Part shown: positions 36,467 to 47,800 of the stretch, one piece after another
Layout: every line of letters starts with the position of its first letter
How positions within the stretch are numbered: position 1 is the first letter of the stretch
Assembly: GCA_938038445.1 (NCBI GenBank)
Contig: CALHRZ010000010.1
Span: 16,757-80,756 of the forward strand
Source: an uncultured bacterium
GTDB lineage: Bacteria; Verrucomicrobiota; Kiritimatiellia; CAIKKV01
DNA length: 64,000 nt
Direction of reading: 5' to 3'
Notes under the pieces: model-generated
Told to the model about the DNA's origin: nothing
The model's database searches: none
The model's input: the letters and a program-made list of their open reading frames with translations, nothing else
Program-made: the position numbers and the translations under genes

Positions 36467-37780
36467 ATGCGGAAGATTCGTCCAGCCTGGGGTGTGGCCT
36501 TACTGGCTTTCGCGGTTGCGTATAGTATGACCCGCCCCGTGTCCTTGCGGCGGGCTGCCTTGCGGCCACCCCATGAGCCGGACTTGAGTCGGGTGCCTCC
36601 TTCGGTCGCTCTGGTGACCGTCCTATTGGGTGGGTTCCGGGGTTTGGCGGCCGATCTTCTTTGGTTCCGCGCCACGTCGCTTCAAGACGAGGGGCGTTTT
36701 CTGGAAATTGCGCAGTTGGCCGACTGGATTACGCGACTCGAGCCGACCCTTCCGGAGGTTTGGTCCTATCACGCATGGAATATGGCCTATAATATCAGTG
36801 TTCTTTTTCCGAACCCTTTGGACCGCTGGCGGTGGATTTGCAACGGCCGCCGGATTCTTCAGGAGGACGCCATTCGGTTCAATCCCGCCTCGCCCCGGCT
36901 TTATGCAGAATTAAGTTGGCTTTACTATCATAAAATCGGCGGGTATTCCGATCCGGCGTCTGATCATTATCTGGCGTTTTTTTTTCAGGAAGTCGAAGAG
37001 GTGTTACCGGGGGGCAGGATGGAAGGGATCCCGCCTGCGCACCTTTCCCGATTCTTGGAAGTCTTTCGGATAGGGGGGGAGACCGCTCGATTGATGACGG
37101 ATCGTTGGGGGGAAATGGATTGGCGGTTACCGGAAACTCATGCGCTGTATTGGGCGTTGGAAGGCACACAGGCGGCTGGCGAGGCGCCGGACATTCGCGC
37201 GGACCGCCTTCTTTACTTGACCTTGATGGCTTGCTTTTTCCGGGGGCGGATTGCGCTACCCCGGCCAGGCCAATCGCCGATACGGGGGCTTCGACCGGAA
37301 CTGGCTGGGGCCGTTTTGGAGGCTTTGGAAGAAATCGCTCTTCGCCATCCAGACCCGGCATACCGATGGGGGGAGATCATCGCCTATTTCAACAAACGTG
37401 CCGCGTTTTATCTGTATTGTTACGGCCATGACGAGTTGGCGGAGCTTTATTTTGAACGGGCCCGAAGGGCGGGGGCGGCGACCGAAGCAACGCTCTACGA
37501 GATGGCTGTTCGCGCAGCGGAGGAAGCCACAATGGCGGGTGCGGATTACTGGGACCAGACGATGGCGCTTTTTTATGAAGCGGCGCGACGGCGTTTGGGG
37601 GGAGACGAAAAGGGAGGGGCGCGCTGTGCCGAAATGGGGCGTCGTTTTTACGAAGGGGTCAGGGCTCGGCTGGTTGTGATGGGAGTGGATTCGCTTCCGT
37701 CGGCCGATGCCTTGCGAATGGAAGGAGAACGACTGGCCTGTCTGGAGAAGAACGGCGAGGGGGAGGGGGAGGATCCGTGA
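36467..37780 (+). CDS. Hypothetical polytopic membrane protein
   Basis: The track ORF starts with a TTG at 36410. The ATG at 36467 (MRKIRPAWGVALLAFAVA...) is more plausible. No confident family assignment was made. Its 3' end overlaps the apbE start (GTGA). Confidence 0.35.
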   Translation: MRKIRPAWGVALLAFAVAYSMTRPVSLRRAALRPPHEPDLSRVPPSVALVTVLLGGFRGLAADLLWFRATSLQDEGRFLEIAQLADWITRLEPTLPEVWSYHAWNMAYNISVLFPNPLDRWRWICNGRRILQEDAIRFNPASPRLYAELSWLYYHKIGGYSDPASDHYLAFFFQEVEEVLPGGRMEGIPPAHLSRFLEVFRIGGETARLMTDRWGEMDWRLPETHALYWALEGTQAAGEAPDIRADRLLYLTLMACFFRGRIALPRPGQSPIRGLRPELAGAVLEALEEIALRHPDPAYRWGEIIAYFNKRAAFYLYCYGHDELAELYFERARRAGAATEATLYEMAVRAAEEATMAGADYWDQTMALFYEAARRRLGGDEKGGARCAEMGRRFYEGVRARLVVMGVDSLPSADALRMEGERLACLEKNGEGEGEDP

Positions 37781-38808
37781 AGAGGCGCTTTTTCTTTGTT
37801 TGGATTTTATCGGCGGTTGGGCTTATGACCGGCTGTTTGCCTTCTCGACCTCGGCTTGTGGTTCGCGAATATCCGGGCATGGGGACCTTGGGCAGTGTGA
37901 CGGCGTTGTCGGACGAGGAGGCTTTTTCGTGGGCAGCCCGGTGCGCTCAGATCACGCGGGAATGGGAAGAGCGGCTCAGTGTTTTTCTTCCGAATTCCGA
38001 CTTGGCGCGGATCAATGCTGCCGCCGGCAAAGGAGTGGTGGCAATTTCTCCCGAGACACGCTGGGTACTGGAACATGCGATTCGTCTTGCCCGAGAGAGC
38101 GGAGGTGCTTTCGATCCCACGGTGGGTCCTTTAATGGATTTGTGGGGATTCCGTCGCCAGGGTTTGGCACGCAAACCCATGTTGGATGAGATTGCGGCGT
38201 CACGTGAACGGGTGGGTTATCACAAGCTTGTGATTTCAACGGAAGGCTGTGGGTTGGAACGGGAGGGGATGGCATTGGATTTAGGGGGGATTGGCAAAGG
38301 GGTTGCGGTGGACCGCTGCTGGGAAGAGTTACGAAGGGAAGCCAAAGGGCGGCCGTTTCTGGTCAATCTGGGAGGCAACATTCGCGCGTCGGGACGTTTG
38401 CCGACGGGGCGGGAGTGGTCCATCGGCATCCGGGATCCGTTCGATCCTGGCCGGATTGTCGCCACGATTTCGTTGGAAGATGGAAAAGCGGTGGCGACCT
38501 CGGGTCACTACGAACGGTTTGTGGTGCTGGACGGAGAGCGCTGGGCACACATTATGGATCCCCGGACGGGTATGCCGGTGCGGGGGATGGCTTCTGTGAC
38601 GGTAGTGGCCGACAGTGCGGAGGATGCCGATGGTCTCTCAACCACGCTTTTTGTGATGGGGCGTGAGGAAGGAGAGGCATTTCTGCGACAGACGGGAAGA
38701 AATGCTGCTGTTTTGTACATTCCTGACCAGAAGCCTCTTCATCTGTTTCCCAACGCTTCCATGAAAAAAATCATAAAAATTGACAGCCGCGATCCTAGCC
38801 TATTATAA
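37777..38808 (+). CDS. apbE: FAD:protein FMN transferase ApbE (lipoprotein)
   Basis: The GTG start has a GGAGGA RBS. A lipobox-like LMTGC is present. ApbE motifs match (AFDPTVGPLMDLWGF; DLGGIGKGVAVD; TSGHYERF). Confidence 0.75.
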   Translation: MKRRFFFVWILSAVGLMTGCLPSRPRLVVREYPGMGTLGSVTALSDEEAFSWAARCAQITREWEERLSVFLPNSDLARINAAAGKGVVAISPETRWVLEHAIRLARESGGAFDPTVGPLMDLWGFRRQGLARKPMLDEIAASRERVGYHKLVISTEGCGLEREGMALDLGGIGKGVAVDRCWEELRREAKGRPFLVNLGGNIRASGRLPTGREWSIGIRDPFDPGRIVATISLEDGKAVATSGHYERFVVLDGERWAHIMDPRTGMPVRGMASVTVVADSAEDADGLSTTLFVMGREEGEAFLRQTGRNAAVLYIPDQKPLHLFPNASMKKIIKIDSRDPSLL

Positions 38809-38873
38809 TGTAACTATGTTTTTGGTTTGCGTGTGAATACTATTTAGACAAACACGCAGATACGGAGGGTGCC

Positions 38874-41800
38874 ATGACATTTCGATGCTGTTCGGGTAGG
38901 TTGTTCCAGCTTTTGGGCGTTCTTTGCAGTTTTTTTCTTTCTGAAGTGGGATGGGGGCAGACGTGGACGTTCAATGTGCCCGAACGGGTAGTGGAAACCG
39001 GCACGAATTGGTTGACGGGTGCCGGTGTGGTCAGTAAAACGGGGATTGGAACCCTCTGGCTGATTCCGACAGGGGCCACCAACGTCTATACGGGACCGAC
39101 CTATGTTTTGGATGGGGTTCTGAGGGCCGACGAGGGGCGAGGCTTGCCGTTTGCGTCCACCTTATATCTCAACGGTCAGAATGTTGCAACTCGGTCAACA
39201 GGGGTTTTGGAAACCCGTGGAACGTTTTCCCGGGATGTGGGAACCGCGGCAGGGCAAGTTTATTGGAACGGGACTTATGGCGGATTTGCCGCACGTGGGG
39301 GTGATCTTATTGTGACTCTGAACGGTGGGGCTCCGTTGCTTTGGGGCGCAGCCAACGGCTTTAATGCGAAAAGTCTTTCCTTGAGCAGCCTGACCGCGGA
39401 CGGAGCGGTCGAGATTCGGAATGACATCGGATTGGGGGCAAACCGGGCTGTTTTCATCGAGCTGAATACGAATAATGCGAACAATTTAGCGGTTCTTTCG
39501 GGTGTGATCAGCAATGGTGCTGCAAGCGCGTTCGGACTGACCGTAAATGGTCGTGGCACCTTGTGGTTGCGTAACACCAATACATTTACGGGTGCGCTCA
39601 CTTTTGGCGGGGGGACAGTGCGCGCAGTGGATGGCGTGGGGCTTCCAACGACGGCACTGGTGACATTCAACAATACGGCTACGCATGGGATACTGGAATC
39701 CTCCGGCTCATTTACTCGAACGATTGGGAGTGGGGCGGGGCAAATTTCATGGCAATCGTCGAGTGTCGGAGGAGGATTTGCAGCGTGGGGAGGGCCGTTG
39801 AATGTGAGTCTTAACGGGGGTGGGGTCATCAATTGGGCGAGCGGCACGGATGGTTTTAATGGGCGGGTTCTGGTGTTGAACAGTTTTACCGCGAACGACC
39901 GAGTCATCCTTGAAAATTCGATCGAACTTGGGGCGGCTCGCACCATTTATGTTTATGACAATCCTTTTTCTGAGAATGATGCCGCCGAGATCCGTGGTGA
40001 ACTTCGGGGAAATAATACAGGCTATAACCTTACTAAAAGCGGGCCAGGGATCTTGGAGTTGAGTGGGTTTAATTCTTATCGTGGCAATACATTTGTTGGG
40101 GAGGGAACACTGCGGGTTAATGGGACAATTGCGAGCAACAACTATATTCAGGTGAATGTTCCGGCCATGCTGAGCGGGACGGGTCGAGTGATCAGTGTCG
40201 CTGCGAATGGTCTTTTGAATTATGGGACCGTATCGCCCCAGGATGGGACAGCGGCGGGCGTTTTACGGTACACGGGGCATGGGACGCTCTATACCAACTC
40301 TCGTTTGGAGGTGGTGCTGGGACCTGGGACCCAGGTGGGGCGATTGGAGATCAGTGGGAACGTGACGATTCAAACCAACTTTATCGTGCGGTTTCGGGAT
40401 TTTGGGGGTTCATGCAAAGCAGAGGATGAGTTAACGGTTTTGACGTATGGGACCAATTGCATGTCATTTCCGACGAACAGCTGGTCTTTCGACGCCTCGC
40501 TGGTGCAACATTCAGGGCGGTGGAATTGGACGAATGCGGTGTTGGTGCACGATCCGGCGGGCAAGCGGGTTTATGTGACCGGTTTGCGGGTGGATCCGCA
40601 GACTCCGAGCACATGGGTGACTTGGAATGGAGGGGCGGGAAATTGGACGGACTGGAACTGGGATGGCCCTGAGCCGGTTCCGACCATCGAGACGGAGGCT
40701 TTGGTGCTTTCCTCCGATTCCGATATTCAGGTCACGGGGGAGCAAGAAGCCCATACGCTGACGCTTTCCAATGGGGTGGTGCAAATTGAATCGGGTGGTG
40801 AGTTGGAAAGCTATTATGTGGAGATAGGGGGTGGGGAACTGAATGTGGAGGGAGTGCTCAAAGGGTTTGAGCGGGTTCGGGTGGCTCCGGCGGGTTCCTT
40901 GCGAATTTCGGGTACGCTGCAAGGGGCCGATTTGATCATCGAAGGGACGAATGTATTGGAATCGGGCGCAGACCTACGGGTGAGGCAATGGGTGTTTGGG
41001 GCGGATCAGACGCTGGGAAGCAATGTGTCCATCGCCGCCGATCGTGTAAGCGTTCCGCCTGCTCTGTTTTTGGAATCGGGCAGTGTGCTCAGTGCGGGGA
41101 CGTGGAGTGTAAAGGGGAATGTGGATGTGGCAGCGAGCGCGCAGGTGGCGGGGCAAGTTCGGCTGGCTACGGATGGGGATATGACCATTCACGGGGAGGC
41201 GGCATCGGGTGCTGTTATAGTGATGGATGGGGGCACGTTGCGCGCTTCGGAAGCGACCAGGGTGGGCGGATTGGATTTTACCTTGGGTGGTGTTTTGATC
41301 CGGGATGGGGCAACGGATCCGTTGCAAGTGGCAGGTCCGTTGATTGTACAGGGGGTTAATTTGGATTTGGATGGGTTGAAGCTGGACACATCAGAGGCTG
41401 CCATTGTGGCGACGAATGGGTATTGGCTGAGTACGACCGGGGATTTAAATGCGGCTTCGCTCCGAATGGTCGGTCCTATGCTCCGTGTGGGAGGAATGGT
41501 TTCGATCAGCAACGTGCTGTCCCTGGAAGATGTGACGATCACCAATCCGATCACAGGAGACACGATGGTTCTGGTGGGTGAAGGGCGCACACGGGATCAA
41601 CTTGTTTGGTTGGCCGCCTCCAACTCATTTCGGGGTAAAGTTCAGATTGAGCGGGGTACTTTGAGAGCCATTCCGGGAATCGGGTTGCCTGATGATCCAG
41701 GTGCTGGGGCATTTGATTTTTCCGCCGATACTGCCGGATGGCATGCTCTCTTGGAAGGCAACGGGGTTTTTGCCCGTTCCATTGGTGAGGGGAGCGGCGA

Positions 41801-44800
41801 TGTGTTTTGGAGTGGACATGGGGGGTTTGCGGCCTGGGGGGGAGATTTGGATGTGACGCTAAGGGGTGGAGATTTGATCACATGGGGAGCCACGAATGGA
41901 TTTCGCGGTTTCAACCTTTATTTGAGCAGCACGTCCGCTACGCATGTCGTAACGCTTCACAATCCCCTATTGGTCAATGGCACACATATTTTGCGGGTTT
42001 TTGACAATCCGTTCACCAACTCCGATTATGCGCGAATTACCGGTACGATTTCCATGGATACAGCGGGGCGGATCTTACAAAAAGCCGAACCGGGCATGGT
42101 CTGGCTGACGGGAACGAACACGTTTGGGGGCCGATTGCAAATTGATGATGGGGTTGTGCGAGCGATCGACGGGGCAGGACTTCCCGCTTCCGCCACTCTC
42201 TATCTGAACGGATCACTGCCAGGGACTCGCGCGTGTGGCGTGTTGGAGAGCAGCGGGGTGTTTGCCCGTAATATTGGGACAGGCGCAGGTCAAGTCTATT
42301 GGAATAATGCCGGAGGTTTTTCGGCTTTTGGTGGGCCGTTGGAGGTCCTTCTGAACGGTGGCGCAACCATCAGCTGGGGCGCAGCCAATGGATTTAATTC
42401 CAAGATCCTTGTCTCGGGCGGTCCGACCGCCGATGAAGTCGTGACGCTAGTCAATCCGGTCGATTTGGGGGCAAATCGTTCCATCTATGTCTGGGACAAT
42501 ACGAACTCACCGTCTGATGCGTTCAAGATGGCGGGAACCCTTGCCAACGGGGGTGCAGGCCATTTTGGGATTTGGAAATATGGGGATGGTGTCCTTTGGG
42601 TGACGGGAACCAACACCTTTACCGGAGGGATCACGAACTTCAACGGCGTTGTCCGTTTTGGGGACGGCATTGGGATTTCCGCCTCCGCATCGATGCGGCT
42701 AAGCGGCGGCAATATCACGCCCTGTGTGTTTGAGACGAGTGGAACACTGACGCGGAACCTGGGCACCGAAGCCGGGCAGATCCACTGGGGAGGGAGCGGC
42801 GGTTTTGCGGCATGGGGCGGGGATCTCGACTTGGTGTTCCATGGCGGTTCGAATATTGTCTGGTCCGCGCTTTCGGGCGGATTCAACGGCCAAGTTTTGC
42901 ATTTGGGATCGCGAACGGCGAACGGACGAGTGGATCTTAAAAACGACATCGCGCTCAATGGGCACCGAACCATTTATGTGTGGGACAATCCATTCTCCAC
43001 CAGCGATTATGCCCGCATTTCCGGAACGATTTCGAACGGTCCTACAGCCGGTTCGCAATTTCTTCGGTACGGTGATGGGTTGCTGGAACTGACGGCGACC
43101 AATAGTTACACGGGGCAGACTTCTCTCTATGACGGTGATACCCGCGTGATGGGAGTTATTTCGGGACCGGTGGTAGTGGCCGTAAACCACACGAATGGGC
43201 CTCGTACGATCCTTTCGGGTATAGGACGCGTGGGTAACCTCACCGTGCAGGCCAATGGCATTGTGGCGCCGGGGGCGGGGGGTGTCGGCACCCTGACGGT
43301 GAACGGAAATGCGACAATTCAACGCGGTGCGGCCTTGGAGTGGGAGATTGGGTTGGACCAACAGTCTGATCGAATCCATATCATATCGAACGTCACCTTT
43401 AATGCGGAATGGGTTCTTCGGGTTCGGGATGGTGGAGGCTGTCCGACGAAGGAGGATCGGTATCCGGTGGTGACGTTTGGCGGTTTTCTGGCCAGCAACA
43501 CCACAACGGTATTGGATTTTTCGCTCTTGGATGAGGAGGTATGGGATGTTTCGGAGGCGCGCGTTTATTACGATCCGACCAACAAGCAGGTCGGGATCAC
43601 GGGATTGGGATACACGGGACCGCGGGTGCTGGTATCGGATGCAACCGTTGCCGAGACGGATTCGGGCGAAGTGGAGTTGGTCTTTGATGTGACGCTTTTT
43701 GATGGGTTTATGGGAGATGTGGACCTTTACTTTGCGACAGCCGATGGGACAGCGGAGGCCGGCAGTGATTACACGGCGACGTCCGGGGTGGTGACCCTGA
43801 CGATGGATTGGCCGAGCACAACGATCGTTGTAAAAGTTCAGGGGGACACGGTTCCGGAATGGCCGAGCGAATATTTCCTGTTGAGTCTCGCCGTGACCGG
43901 GGGAAACGCGCGGTTGGTGCGTTCGACGGCGGTTGGGAAAATTGCGGATGATGATGGAAGCGCGCGCTACAAGATGCCGATCGTGTTGAGCGGTTACACC
44001 GGAACAGAGACCTTGATCAACTTTCCGGCCCTTGTTACGTTCCGTGAGGGGGATGGGGGTTTCAGTTACGGGCAAATGGGGCACACAAACGGGTGGGACT
44101 TGCGGTTTCTCAATGCGGAAGAGACCGAGGAGTTGGCATACGAAATCGAGCAGTGGAATCGGGCCGGAACCTCGTATGTTTGGGTTCGGATTCCCCGATT
44201 GAGCGGCACGAACACCCTGATCTGGGCGGTATGGGGTGATGCGACGGTGACCGAACCGCCGGTGTATAGCACGAATGGAACAGTATGGTCCGAAGGGTTT
44301 GTGACGGTCCATCATTTCACACCCCCCGTTGGAGGGCTTTATCGGGATTCGGGGCCAAGAAATTTCCATGGCGTCAATGAAGGAGGCCGGATGGCATCCG
44401 GTGCAATCGGGGTCGGTTTGGATCTCAATGGGCCGACCAACAACGTCAACATGACCGGAGTGGCGTCCTCTGAACAAAGCTTCACGTTCGAGATGTGGGT
44501 TCGCACTCCCAGTTTAGTTTTGAACCGTTATTTATTTGATGCATTGAACGGCCGCCATCTGATTGCCATTAACTATCCCACCGTGGGAACGATTGCATAT
44601 TATGATGGCACATGGCGGTATTTCCCAGGGGCTCAGGGGTTGAACAATGGCGAGTGGAACCACGTGGTCGTGGTGGTTGATCGTGACGCCGGCCGTTCTG
44701 CTGTATATCTCAACGGCGAATTTGTGGGCACGAATACCTATAATCCCCGCGTGCTGGGTGGACAGGCGAGGATTGGGTCCCAATACAATGCGCCGGCAAC

Positions 44801-47800
44801 CCAGCATTATGATGGGCAGATGGATGAATTTCGCATTTCGGATCGTGCGCGTTCCGCCGATTGGATACGGGCGAACAGTCAGACCCAGAGCCGACCGGAT
44901 GAATTTGCCCGTAAAGGGAATGTCTTCACGGCTCGGGGGGGTGCGCTTGCGGAGGGGGTGTTAGCCGTGGGCAACCGTGCGGCCACCGGCGTACGCGACG
45001 GTAAGGCGACACTGAATGGAATCTTGGTTGGAACAGGCGGGGAAGCGACGGCGGGTTTGATGGTTTGCTGGGGGACGGCCGATGGGGGTACGGGGGCGAC
45101 GGGGGATTGGGAATATGCCGCTTCGCTGGGGACGGGGATTGAGCCTGCGTCATGGGTATCCTTTGAAGTTGACGGGTTGACGCCGGGTCAAAGTTATGCG
45201 TATCGGTTTTTTGCCACCAACGCAGCGGGTGAGGCGTGGGCGTCTCCGGCCGAATGGTTTGTGGTGCCTCGGGGGTGGTATGTGGCCACGACGGGTGATG
45301 GGAGCGACGGACAGAGTTGGGCCACGGCCTATACGAATATTCAGCAGGCGCTGGATGCGGCGCAACCGGGAGATGAAATCTTTCTCAAAGGGGAGCGGTT
45401 CAATATATGCAGTGATCCGACAGAAAACAACCAGCTCCTTGTCACCACGCCCAATCTCCGGATTCGCGGTGGGTACGAGGGGGTGGGGACGCCCGGGGCG
45501 AATGATCCTTCCGTATGGGTCACCATTATCACGCGCAGTGCGGGAACCAACCGGTTGATGCTCATTGATGGTGCCGACAATGTGGAGCTGTATGGACTGA
45601 TGTTTACCAATGGGTTACCCCGTGCACGTGCCAACCCTGTTCATCCTGATTCGAGTGGGGCGGGTCTCTTTATCCGAAATGCGAACGGAATCCGGATCGA
45701 ACGATGCGTCTTTCAACAGAATTGGGGCTACGGTCCGTTTGTGAACGGCGGCTATGTCTATGGCGGTGGAATTTGCGCCGTGACCTCCCGGTTGGAAATC
45801 GTTGCGAGTCGGTTTGTTTCGAACCGCGTCACCAGTTTGAGCTCGGCAAATATCCAGAATGGTTCTGGCGGCGGCATTGCCGTTGTGGATGGCGAATTGA
45901 CCATCGAGGATTCTGAAATTCTTGACAACTGGGTGGCTGGGGATTACCTGCATGGTTATGTGGATGGGGGAGGGCTTTCGATTCGGGGACTTTTTACAGC
46001 TCGGCGTGTTGTCGTGGCGCGAAACGATGTCGGAGAACCGTCGAATGATGCACGCCAATTCGGGGATGGAATTTACCTCTGGGGTGCAGGGAAGATTGAG
46101 AATGGGCTTTTCTTCAGGAATGGGCAATTCGCTCCGGGCACATCGGGAACATCGAACTTTGCGGTATATGTGGCCGGCGGGTATCTGACGATGGATCGGT
46201 GCACGGTAACCGATCACAAGCAGGCGGGTCTCTATCGAATCGGGGGGTCGGTTGTTATTTCCAATAGCATATTCTGGAACAACAACTTCTTGGATATATA
46301 CGAAAATGTGGCCGGAAACGTCATTCCCTTCTACACGCTGACCCAGCAGGGCTTTTACGATGGAGTTAATGGATGTTTTTCAGCGAATCCGTTGTTTGCC
46401 GATACCAACACCTTCCATCTGAAATCCGCCTATGGGACCTATACGGGGGGTTGGTTCAGCGGAGGCACGTGGGAGAATGCCGATGCGAACAGCCCGGCGA
46501 TTGATGCGGGCGATCCTTTATTCCGGGCCGACTTGGAGCCGTTCCCGAACGGGGGGCGGTTAAACTTGGGCGCATATGGCGGAACGATGGTAGCCTCCAA
46601 ATCGCCTCCGATTGCCGTCAGCAATGAACCGGCTTCGGGGGTGTCGCCGACGATGGCTCGGTTGAATGGGCGAATTGTGTCGGTGGGAGGCTACGGGACG
46701 GAAGCATGGTTTCTGTGGGATACAGAGGATCGAGGTGGCGATGTGGGGGCGTGGTCGAATCGTACCTTTGTTTCCACCTATGATGCGGCGGGTCCAGTGA
46801 CGTTGTTCTTGACGGGGCTAACACCGGAGACGGTTTATTATTATCGCTTGATGGCCACGAATTCGGCCGGTGGGTATGCTCTTGCCGAACCGTCCGAAAG
46901 CTTTGAAACCGTTCTTTCGAAACCTGAAGTGGCAAATCGAGGGGTGGAAAACGAAGCGGGCCCCACCGTGGTTTTGAAAGGCGAGGTGGTATTGACAGGT
47001 GGGGAAGACCCTGGGGTTTACGTCGTATGGGGTGAGGTTCCTGGTGGAAAGGCAACTGGGAGCTGGGAAAACGTGGTTTATGCCGGTTTTCAGGGAGGAA
47101 CGTTCAGCGTCGAGGTCGCGACGGCACCGGGACGCAGCTATTATTACACCTGTTATGCGACGAACAGTGGGGGAGAGGATTGGGCGTGGCCTCCCATTCA
47201 TTTTGGAGTCTCCAACTTATTCTATGTGTCAGCCGATGCGGTGGGAGAAGGCACAGGTCAGGGGTGGGTCAATGCTTTCAGCAACCTGCAAGATGCGCTC
47301 AATGCGGTGCTCTCGGACAAACCCACGGAAATCTATATCAAAGGAGGCGGCGGCAAGGAGCTGCAAGCGGCTGCGGAAGTCGGGTGGAATCGGTCCAACG
47401 TGCGGATTCTGGGCGGTTATGAAGGGGTAGGCTGGCCTGGGAATCGTGATCCGGAGGTTTGGCCGACCGTTTTGACTCGTCGCCCTGCCAACTTCATTCG
47501 GATCCTTTCGATACAGGGTGTTACGAACGGCTTACTGGATGGCGTGACCATACGCCATGGCAATCTGGCCGATTTCGGGGGTGGGATTCGGATTGTGAAT
47601 TCGACGAATCTAACGATTGCAAACTGCCGGATCGAGCGGAACAAGGGAGAGAATGCGACGGGAGGAACGACGGGGGGTGGCGGGGTGTATGCGGTCGATT
47701 CGTTCGGGGTGATTACGAACTGTTTGTTTGAGCGTAACGCGGTGACCAACACGGCTGGAGGCGGGTTTGCGTTGGGCGGCGGATTGATGATTTCGAATGG

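Noticed and set aside
42699-44477. 592-aa minus-strand ORF (and similar long antisense ORFs at 47610-48722, 31703-32731, 33465-34490, 52441-53841, 59470-60990, 20904-21956, 4620-5297)
   Set aside because: All lie antisense to genes with strong family-level signatures (the giant beta-helix protein, polA, the GH20-like gene, etc.). Their translations are Arg/Pro/Ala/Gly-rich low-complexity sequence typical of stop-codon-poor frames in ~62% GC DNA.
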